A stretch of 64,000 bases of DNA from a virus, in the IMG/VR virus record IMGVR_UViG_3300032287_003765, positions 4,924-68,923 of that record. The stretch is one strand, 5' to 3'. Within the stretch, counting starts at the first letter, position 1. Every line of letters starts with the position of its first letter. A program made the translations under genes and the position numbers. The notes below the pieces were generated by a model. The model saw only the letters and a list, made by a program, of their open reading frames with translations. It was not told the DNA's origin and searched no databases. Shown here piece after piece: positions 57,271 through 64,000 of this stretch.

Positions 57271-57290
57271 TGCGCACTAACCCGTTGATT
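57266..57290. promoter_or_regulatory. palindrome GTTAGTGCGCACTAAC overlapping an IHF-consensus site
   Basis: Perfect palindrome at 57266-57281; minus-strand AATCAACGGGTTA at 57278-57290 matches WATCAANNNNTTR. Confidence 0.55.
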
Positions 57291-57298
57291 TTGCTAGG

Positions 57299-57327
57299 TT
57301 GACCGAAAATACCCGATTTGCTATACT
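57299..57327 (+). promoter_or_regulatory. early promoter TTGACC-N17-TATACT
   Basis: Direct. Confidence 0.8.
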
Positions 57328-57356
57328 AGTTCTATAGTAAACAAAAAGGAGCTGGT

Positions 57357-57773
57357 ATGAGCAAACAGATACAATACGCAGGTTACAGCATTTTGAAAGA
57401 TGGCACATGGAAATTCCGTACTGCCACCGATGAAAAACGCATTTTCCAACTAGAAGCATTTGGCGAATCGGTTTACATGGTCAGCATTAAACCCGTGACC
57501 ACCAAAGGTGCGGCTGCCAAAGAACTCTTGGCCATGGATTACATGGGCAAGAATCCTGAGTGTGTGGCGTTCTTTGTGAAGCATGCCAAAGACGAAAACC
57601 CATTTTCCAAACCCAAAAAGGTTCCTACTGTAAAAGTCAAGGTCTCCAAGTCTGATCCAGTTGAGGCCTATTTCTTGGCGGTGGAGGCTGACCAACCCAT
57701 CAGTCGTAAAGAAGCGGCCCGTTTGCGTGCCGAGTTCAACGAGCGTGTTAGAATCGCTTACGAAGCCAACTAA
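57357..57773 (+). CDS. hypothetical early protein (138 aa)
   Basis: SD AAGGAG. Confidence 0.75.
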   Translation: MSKQIQYAGYSILKDGTWKFRTATDEKRIFQLEAFGESVYMVSIKPVTTKGAAAKELLAMDYMGKNPECVAFFVKHAKDENPFSKPKKVPTVKVKVSKSDPVEAYFLAVEADQPISRKEAARLRAEFNERVRIAYEAN

Positions 57774-57780
57774 GGAGAAC

Positions 57781-57963
57781 ATGATGGCAAAATTTCGAGT
57801 ACTGGCCAGCGAAACTGTGTTCTACGAGTTTGTGGTAGAAGCTGACAGCTTAGAAGCGGCGCAAAACAAAATTGACATCGGCGACTACGACACCGGTCCG
57901 GCCTATGACGGTGACAATTTTGAAATCGACAGCATTGAACAGGAGACAGAAAATGTCAGTTAA
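57781..57963 (+). CDS. acidic hypothetical protein (60 aa)
   Basis: SD AAGGAG before MMAKF. Confidence 0.7.
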   Translation: MMAKFRVLASETVFYEFVVEADSLEAAQNKIDIGDYDTGPAYDGDNFEIDSIEQETENVS

Positions 57964-58225
57964 TCAAATAGTGGCAGAACTCATGAGCGGCACCTTGACC
58001 AACGATGACATTGAGCGTGTGGCACAGGCTCTCAAACATGCCCGAGCTCAAGTTGGTCGCGAAGTCAAACGTCAACTGGCTCCAGGAGCAAGCGTGAAAT
58101 TCTACCATCCCAAACAGAATTTTTACATCGCAGGCACTGTAAACCGCATCAAGCAGAAATACGTCCTGGTGGATACACCCAAAGGTCGTTACAATGTGCC
58201 AGCCAACTTGTTGGAAGTGGCATGA
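57953..58225 (+). CDS. hypothetical protein, SH3-like C-terminus (90 aa)
   Basis: SD AGGAG before MSVNQ. Confidence 0.7.
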   Translation: MSVNQIVAELMSGTLTNDDIERVAQALKHARAQVGREVKRQLAPGASVKFYHPKQNFYIAGTVNRIKQKYVLVDTPKGRYNVPANLLEVA

Positions 58226-58461
58226 AAGATCTGCCGGTAGAATCATTTATTTCTGGAAATGCACCGCTTTATTCAGTGGTGCGCGAATATCCAGACCTGC
58301 GCATGGTGCCCATTGATCATGTGGAAACCGTGAGAACGGGTCTGCACCGACTGGGCTACAGGTTCCGCATACGCTATCGTGGCCCGCATGGACGCCAACG
58401 CGACACTCACAAGGCCGACGCCCGGGCATTCACAGTTTACATCGAAGAGGAACTCGTATGA
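58222..58461 (+). CDS. hypothetical protein (79 aa, RIRYRGP)
   Basis: Coupled ORF. Confidence 0.7.
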   Translation: MKDLPVESFISGNAPLYSVVREYPDLRMVPIDHVETVRTGLHRLGYRFRIRYRGPHGRQRDTHKADARAFTVYIEEELV

Positions 58462-58622
58462 GAATCAATATCAGTGATTTTGTAACAACCAAAGACAAGA
58501 CTATTTCAGGTCAAGTCATGGAAATCATTGGCAACCGTGCTGTCATTATTGATGATGCGAGTGAGTATGAATACCCAGAAAACTGCCTGGAATTTAAAAT
58601 TTCGGACTTGCAACCCTTGTAA
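58458..58622 (+). CDS. 54-aa hypothetical protein (not in ORF track)
   Basis: ATGA overlap; SD GAGG. Confidence 0.6.
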   Translation: MRINISDFVTTKDKTISGQVMEIIGNRAVIIDDASEYEYPENCLEFKISDLQPL

Positions 58623-58645
58623 ACACAAGGAAAAAAGTCTTTAAA

Positions 58646-58693
58646 AATCAATGACTTACAGCGCCTAAAAAATCCTTAGAAATCAATGACTTA
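58646..58693 (+). repeat. direct repeat AATCAATGACTTA x2 (IHF consensus), 35-bp spacing
   Basis: 58646-58658 and 58681-58693. Confidence 0.75.
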
Positions 58694-58723
58694 CGCCACC
58701 TAAAAATACTGTATTTTGCCAGG

Positions 58724-58752
58724 TTGACCGAAAACACCATTTCGGTTATAAT
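58724..58752 (+). promoter_or_regulatory. early promoter TTGACC-N17-TATAAT
   Basis: Direct. Confidence 0.85.
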
Positions 58753-58782
58753 GTATGTATAGTGATTAATAAGGAGCAGAAA

Positions 58783-59046
58783 ATGGTTGGACTTACAATA
58801 GTTGAAGGTGATACGATCCGTGCATATGACTTCAAGCCCATGGTGGGTCGTGAAGACTGCTTCATCGAAGGCGAAGTGATTGATGCTCACAGCACCGAGC
58901 AAGGTTATCAAGCATACAAGATCCGCGTCACCCGCGATTCATGGTCAGATAGTGAAGACAAGGGTCGTGTTGGTATTGAGATGTTTGTGCCTTGGAGAGT
59001 CAGCTTCAACGAGTTCCAAGGTCGTGTAATGAACTTGAGCCGGTAA
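58783..59046 (+). CDS. hypothetical early protein (87 aa)
   Basis: SD TAAGGAG before MVGLT. Confidence 0.75.
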   Translation: MVGLTIVEGDTIRAYDFKPMVGREDCFIEGEVIDAHSTEQGYQAYKIRVTRDSWSDSEDKGRVGIEMFVPWRVSFNEFQGRVMNLSR

Positions 59047-59417
59047 TGAAGGCCTTTCAAGAGATCACACAATGGGACAGCGACTTCGCTGTCCCAAATC
59101 ACGTTTACTTTTTGAACGACAGCCGAGACAAGATGTATGGCTATGTTCGTGAGAGCGACGGTGTGGTACAGACCATGCGCTCACCATACAGATTTCACAC
59201 CCGTGGTCGCAAGTTCCGAGAGGTAAAAAATGTCTGGAACTTTGGTGTGGAAGAAACTGCTGAACCTGTGCGTGGTCGAGAATACCGAGTTGTGGGCAGT
59301 GGCCGAAATGTTTACACTGTCACCGACGATGCCGGAGCATGGTCATGCACCTGTCCTGCCGCAAAATGGCAAAAGGGCGAGTGCAAACACATAGTGAAAT
59401 TAAAGACCGAAGCGTGA
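59046..59417 (+). CDS. SWIM zinc-finger protein
   Basis: WSCTCP......CKH; TAATG coupling. Confidence 0.8.
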   Translation: MKAFQEITQWDSDFAVPNHVYFLNDSRDKMYGYVRESDGVVQTMRSPYRFHTRGRKFREVKNVWNFGVEETAEPVRGREYRVVGSGRNVYTVTDDAGAWSCTCPAAKWQKGECKHIVKLKTEA

Positions 59418-60107
59418 CTTAAAATAGTTGAAGTTTTGCAGTTGTTCTTCTGCTGTGAGTGTTCGATCATACATCAACACCACAGCAATCTTACCTTGCA
59501 TGTTACGATCCTCAAAGCCACTGGTACCAACATATAATTGTGTGGGCCCAGAGAAAGCAGGGTTGGTTGTTGCACCGCCCATGACATTCCATCCGGCCAC
59601 TGCTTGATTGCTCACTGTTCCATTTACATAGAAGGTCGTTGCACCACCGGACCCAGCGGCCCAATCATCGTCGTTGCCGGGATTGGGTGCTTGCCAGCCA
59701 GCGTTATAAAATCGTAAACTCTTGTCACCTGGAATACCAAATAGTCCTGCAAATCCGCTCACAGTGAAGTCGGGTTGGAAAACCATGGTAAAATCTTGAT
59801 ACACGTTGGTCGTTGCGGTGTGGATACTGCCACCAAATGAGTTTGATCCACTGCCACCTACATCGGTGGACCAGTTGAAATAACTGGTCTGGCCATCAGC
59901 AACATAGGATATAGCGCCATAGTCGTTGACCACAGTTCCGTTGTTGGCGGCAGTGGACAAGTCAGTTACGGCAGTGCCTGTTCCTGGGTAACTGGCAGGA
60001 TCGCTAAAATCATAATACAATACCAGCCCATCAGTTACTATTGACGAAGTTGGCGTAATGGACACGCCAGCTCCAACAGTGATTCCGGGTCCAATTGTTA
60101 TGGCCAT
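59400..60107 (-). CDS. LamG/concanavalin-A-like virion protein
   Basis: IVTDGLVLYYD...SYPGTGT...DLS; GKIAVVLMYDRTL...QNFN...RFGL. Confidence 0.8.
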   Translation of the reverse strand: MAITIGPGITVGAGVSITPTSSIVTDGLVLYYDFSDPASYPGTGTAVTDLSTAANNGTVVNDYGAISYVADGQTSYFNWSTDVGGSGSNSFGGSIHTATTNVYQDFTMVFQPDFTVSGFAGLFGIPGDKSLRFYNAGWQAPNPGNDDDWAAGSGGATTFYVNGTVSNQAVAGWNVMGGATTNPAFSGPTQLYVGTSGFEDRNMQGKIAVVLMYDRTLTAEEQLQNFNYFKSRFGL

Positions 60108-60120
60108 ATTAGTATTCCGT

Positions 60121-63100
60121 TCAACTTATTTGCGCCCAACCATAACGAATAGTTACAGCGTTGCCGCTGGTGTTGTTGATGCCAAAGTCAAATCTGTTGG
60201 TAGTTGCACTGGGAGCCACATTGCTACGAACTATGGCATTGGCAGTGCCTATAAACTGATCGGGTATACTGGTAAAGTCAATGGGTGTGCCGCCGCCGTT
60301 GTAGACCCAAGCATACTGATAACCCACCACAGGCACATTGGTATTGGTAACAGTAGCCGTGGCGTTCCACACCAAGATACCATTGGGGATATTGCAATCC
60401 ACCCACATGAGGTAGGTGTTGTTAGCAGTCACAGTGAAATTCTGGGTGCTGTTGCCTACGGGCACAGTCCAGGTGCTTTCAAATGTTGTAGCAACATTAG
60501 ATAAGGTATTACCATTGCCAAAGAAATTAGCGGCTGTAACATTGCCTGTGGCACTGATATTACCAGCTGAAATATTACCAACACCAGTGATGTTGCCACC
60601 AGTCATGGTGATGGCACCGCCCGATCCTGTAGTAATTAAATTACCACCGGTGATGTTGCCAGAACCTCCTACTGTACCAGTGCCAAATGCTACATTGCCA
60701 TTGAAATTTGCACCATTGACATTTCCGCCAGTTATAGTGCCTGACCCAGCTGATATGTTACCAGCAGTGACGTTGCCCACAGCACTAATGTTACCAGGAG
60801 CCGTTAAATTACCAGTAGTACCAAAGTCCCAGGTTCCACCAGCAGTGGTAATATAACCACCAGTGTTGTCGACGCCTACGCTAGAGCTCTCATCAGACGT
60901 TATCAAGTTTACATAACTACCAGTACCGGCAAATATATCAAGGTTGGCGCCTAGGGGTCTAATTCGACTGCCACCGGGCAATGTTAATGTGCCAGCGGTA
61001 TTAAATATCCACTGTGCTGAGTTACCAGCCGCATCATTGCTGTTGATTACGATGTTGCCGGTGTTGGCCAGTTGTATATATTTGTTGTCATCGCCGATGA
61101 ACTGATTGAAGTATTGATTGTTGCCGGTGTCAAAATGTATGTGTGTGGGTTCGTCAATGATATTGCCCCGCACTCGCAGGTATAAATCATTTGTTAGGGA
61201 CACAGGATCCGGTGCAAGATACAGTCCACTCTGTGTGTTGCTGGTGCCGGTGCCGATCACTGCTTCGCCATCGAATGTGACGCCGCCGGTTACTCGGTTA
61301 CCGTTGGCATAGTTTATTGCAATAATATTACCAGGCAGGGTCAGGTTGCCGGCGGCACCAAAGGTCCAGTTGGATTCAATAAAGTTGTTGTTGCCTTGAT
61401 TGGCCTGATCATTGTATTGGGTGATAACAAATGTGCCACCGGTGCCTCCAGACACAGTAATAACATCACCATCGACGTATCCTGTGCCTGGATCTACTAC
61501 ATCGGCATTTGTTAATTGGTTACTCAATCCATAGCCTATGCCCACAGTCATTCCTGTGCCTGAACCGCCAGTGGTTGCCTTCAAAGCACTTCCAGTATCA
61601 TATCCACTGCCGCCAGTGAGTATGGTACAAATATTAAATTGTCCGCCGGCTGTTAAGGTCAACCCTTCTAGATTGATCAATCTGCCATCTGTGCCAAAGA
61701 TCCACTGTGCTGTGTTGCCTGTATCGTCGTTGCTGTTGACAACAACATTACCGGTATTGGCCAACTTGACATACAAGTTGTCGTCGCCTAAGAACAACTC
61801 GGTTGCATACAAGTTACCACTTGTCAAGTGAATGTGATCACCGTCATTTGCTGTTGGATATATTAATAACTGTTGATTGGCAGTAGTTCCACCTGCTGGT
61901 TTCAAAGCAATAGCACTACCACTAAGTGCGCCGTCTGGAATGTTGGTTTCATAAACAACACTATCCATTGGCAAGGTCAAATTACCAGCAGTATCAAATG
62001 TCCAAGTTTTGGTTCCACTGACATTGCCGGCCTGTATGGCCACATTGCCTCCCTGTAAAACAGCAATATTGGCTTCTTCATCTGTGCCCAAAATTACATT
62101 GCCACCGCTGCCACCAGCTGCCACGTGTATATCCGCGCTTCCAGTCAAATAAATATTTAAATATTCACTACTGCTACTATTTGGTTGCAGGTTTAGATTA
62201 CCTGTGCCAATGATGTTGACGTCATTGAATGTGACATTGCCTGTGTTGGCACTTGAAATACCAGTTAGCTGACTTCCGTTACCGATAAAATAGTTGCCAG
62301 TGACGTTGCCCGTGGTACTGATATTTCCAGCAGCGATGTTGCCACTGGAGGGTTCAACTGTGGCATAGTTTACATATTTTATAACGCCATCATAGGTCAT
62401 TATACTCATGGCACCGTTGGAGGTGATATCTTGTGTGACTACAGGGGCTGGTAAGTTGGTCAATCCACTGCCATTGCCTTTGATGTAAGCACCAGAAACG
62501 TTGCCCGTGGCATTGATGTTGCCCGGAGCAGTTAAATTACCAGTTGTGTCAAAGGTCCAGGTATTTGCGAGACCCAAACGGTTTGAAGTAATAGTGACCG
62601 CGTTACCGGCCCAAAGACCTATGTTATCTGCTGATATGATGTTTGCTTGGAATCCTGGACCAGAGATAGAAAGATTACCGACCTCATCAAGTAACATTCC
62701 ATGTAGAGCAGTTTGAGTATTACCCGTGATAAATCCTATACCACCATAATAATCATTGAACTGTATGTAGGCAACGTCGGTTATGCCTGGAGCAGTCTCT
62801 TCCCAACCAATCTGCAAACTGTCTGCAGATCCAAATGCCTTGATTTCACTGTGATCACCGGCTACTACTATGTCTGGGTTAATTCCTATTTTTAGATTGG
62901 CTGTTGTAAAAAAAGTATTGGCTGTTATATTTCCTGTGGTGGTAATTGTGCTATTAGAATCGTTTTGTAGCACAGCATTGCCGTTGACTGTGAGCACATT
63001 GCCAGCACCCAAACTGATGGGCACATTGTTCATAAAAATAGTGGCATTGCTCACATACAAATCGTTCCATTGATTTGTGGCATTGCCTAAACTGTAAACA

Positions 63101-63801
63101 GCATTGCCACTGGGAATGATATTACCAGCCCAGCCCGATTCGCCGTAGGCTACTACGTTGGCGTTGGCATAGGTTGCAGGCAAACCGGTCATGAAGGCCG
63201 CGTTGCCCAGAATATAGTTACCTGATATGTTGCCTACTGCCGAAATGCCAATATTGGTAGTCCAAGCATTGGCTGTGCTAGAAAACAAGAATGTTGCTAT
63301 GTTGTCATTGGCACCCACTGTGATACCAGATCCATTGGCCGCGTTGGCCGAAGCCGCAGTGTTGGCCAGCTGTATGGTCTTGGCATCAGTGACCAAGTTG
63401 CCAATCTGTATGGTATTGCCGGTCACAGTCAAGTTTCCGGTCACAGTCAAATCACCCACACTGAATGTGCCGGCAAGATCCAAGTTTCCAGAAATGTTGG
63501 CATACTGCACATACAAGCTACTCCAGCGTCGATTTGCGGATCCAAGATTTCTAATGTTTGCAAGGTTCGGGACTATGCTTACGTTGCTTTGCACAACACC
63601 AACGCCGTTAGGAGCCAAGACCAAGTTTCCATTGGTGTTAGTGGTCAATATGGTGTTGTTGGCTATCCTGACATTGCTCAGCACCGGACCAGCGGCAAAA
63701 ACCTGGTCAAAGTTCAGGTTGGTTTCGTTGAAAGCGGTTCTTAACGGATCGCCTGTGCCGTCATTGGGTAGTGCGCCGATGTTGATTACATACTGTGTCA
63801 T
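60121..63801 (-). CDS. long tail fibre protein
   Basis: INIG..PNDGTGDPLRTAF N-terminus; GNI/GNV repeats; repeated W.F...GNLT.P; minus-strand TAAATA near 63826. Confidence 0.85.
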   Translation of the reverse strand: MTQYVINIGALPNDGTGDPLRTAFNETNLNFDQVFAAGPVLSNVRIANNTILTTNTNGNLVLAPNGVGVVQSNVSIVPNLANIRNLGSANRRWSSLYVQYANISGNLDLAGTFSVGDLTVTGNLTVTGNTIQIGNLVTDAKTIQLANTAASANAANGSGITVGANDNIATFLFSSTANAWTTNIGISAVGNISGNYILGNAAFMTGLPATYANANVVAYGESGWAGNIIPSGNAVYSLGNATNQWNDLYVSNATIFMNNVPISLGAGNVLTVNGNAVLQNDSNSTITTTGNITANTFFTTANLKIGINPDIVVAGDHSEIKAFGSADSLQIGWEETAPGITDVAYIQFNDYYGGIGFITGNTQTALHGMLLDEVGNLSISGPGFQANIISADNIGLWAGNAVTITSNRLGLANTWTFDTTGNLTAPGNINATGNVSGAYIKGNGSGLTNLPAPVVTQDITSNGAMSIMTYDGVIKYVNYATVEPSSGNIAAGNISTTGNVTGNYFIGNGSQLTGISSANTGNVTFNDVNIIGTGNLNLQPNSSSSEYLNIYLTGSADIHVAAGGSGGNVILGTDEEANIAVLQGGNVAIQAGNVSGTKTWTFDTAGNLTLPMDSVVYETNIPDGALSGSAIALKPAGGTTANQQLLIYPTANDGDHIHLTSGNLYATELFLGDDNLYVKLANTGNVVVNSNDDTGNTAQWIFGTDGRLINLEGLTLTAGGQFNICTILTGGSGYDTGSALKATTGGSGTGMTVGIGYGLSNQLTNADVVDPGTGYVDGDVITVSGGTGGTFVITQYNDQANQGNNNFIESNWTFGAAGNLTLPGNIIAINYANGNRVTGGVTFDGEAVIGTGTSNTQSGLYLAPDPVSLTNDLYLRVRGNIIDEPTHIHFDTGNNQYFNQFIGDDNKYIQLANTGNIVINSNDAAGNSAQWIFNTAGTLTLPGGSRIRPLGANLDIFAGTGSYVNLITSDESSSVGVDNTGGYITTAGGTWDFGTTGNLTAPGNISAVGNVTAGNISAGSGTITGGNVNGANFNGNVAFGTGTVGGSGNITGGNLITTGSGGAITMTGGNITGVGNISAGNISATGNVTAANFFGNGNTLSNVATTFESTWTVPVGNSTQNFTVTANNTYLMWVDCNIPNGILVWNATATVTNTNVPVVGYQYAWVYNGGGTPIDFTSIPDQFIGTANAIVRSNVAPSATTNRFDFGINNTSGNAVTIRYGWAQIS

Positions 63802-63854
63802 AGGTGGATTCAGCCTTTTTCATTATTTATGGCTAAATGCTGGATCAAACTGTG

Positions 63855-63883
63855 TTGCGCATTGTGCAACAGCATGCTATACT
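63855..63883 (+). promoter_or_regulatory. sigma70-type promoter TTGCGC-N17-TATACT overlapped by an inverted repeat
   Basis: Direct; extended -10 TG. Confidence 0.5.
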
Positions 63884-63931
63884 AGTCCTACGCTGTGTAA
63901 AAGCAGTGAACTATTTAGAAAGGTAACACAA

Positions 63932-64000
63932 ATGAAGTTTATCAATCCAGAAACCAAGACGTTTCGTGTATTCCAAGCACTACAAAGTGGTAAAGCCTTA
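63932..64000 (+). CDS. 5' part of a gene running off the window (MKFINPETKTFRVFQALQSGKAL)
   Basis: SD AAAGG and promoter upstream. Confidence 0.6.
   Translation, partial: MKFINPETKTFRVFQALQSGKAL

Noticed and set aside
578-63073. Many antisense and alternate-frame ORFs in the track (e.g. 578-931, 7277-7678, 40744-41199, 60416-60856)
   Set aside because: They lie within well-supported genes and lack an SD, promoter or recognisable motifs; treated as shadow ORFs.
60121-63801. Diversity-generating retroelement or invertible segment in the tail fibre
   Set aside because: No reverse transcriptase or invertase in the window; the repeats are in-frame and differ at many non-adenine positions.
1-64000. 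Stop-codon recoding
   Set aside because: Conserved genes are full length under code 11, and TAA, TAG and TGA all end genes at the expected places.
1-64000. tRNA/rRNA/tmRNA genes
   Set aside because: Intergenic gaps are short and I saw no cloverleaf or T-loop signature; tRNAscan-SE/Infernal would be needed to exclude them fully.

Overview
A 64 kb, gene-dense fragment of a large tailed-phage genome (T4-like/jumbo myovirus type), read with the standard bacterial code. Core genes: primase, DnaB-type helicase, class Ia NrdA/NrdB with glutaredoxin, ATP-dependent DNA ligase, a PD-(D/E)XK nuclease, UvsE, PAAR, and tail spike/fibre and other virion proteins. Regulation uses sigma70-type early promoters (TTGACC-N17-TATAAT) and a recurring late motif, TAA(A/G)TA. 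Host-like genes (bS21 ending QLPKKLF, IscU/IscA, PstS, delta-9 desaturase, phasin-like protein) suggest a betaproteobacterial host; this is inference. The most striking accessory system is a phosphate-starvation module: Pho box, PlcP-like phospholipase C, a small exported ORF, Agt-like GT4 glycolipid synthase, a second Pho box, then PstS. It would let the phage mine host phospholipid phosphate and rebuild the membrane with glycolipid. A PagP-like outer-membrane barrel and a desaturase elsewhere in the window extend this membrane theme. Other notable items: a probably virion-packaged Pol-beta nucleotidyltransferase/RNA-ligase-like fusion; a proteostasis set (ClpX, ClpS, ClpP, Hsp20 behind a ROSE-like thermometer, YccA, bS21); widespread apparently leaderless transcripts; repeated palindromic and IHF-consensus sites at early promoters; and glycan-modifying genes inserted between core genes. 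I saw no tRNA, rRNA or CRISPR array. All calls come from reading motifs by eye; no database searches were run.
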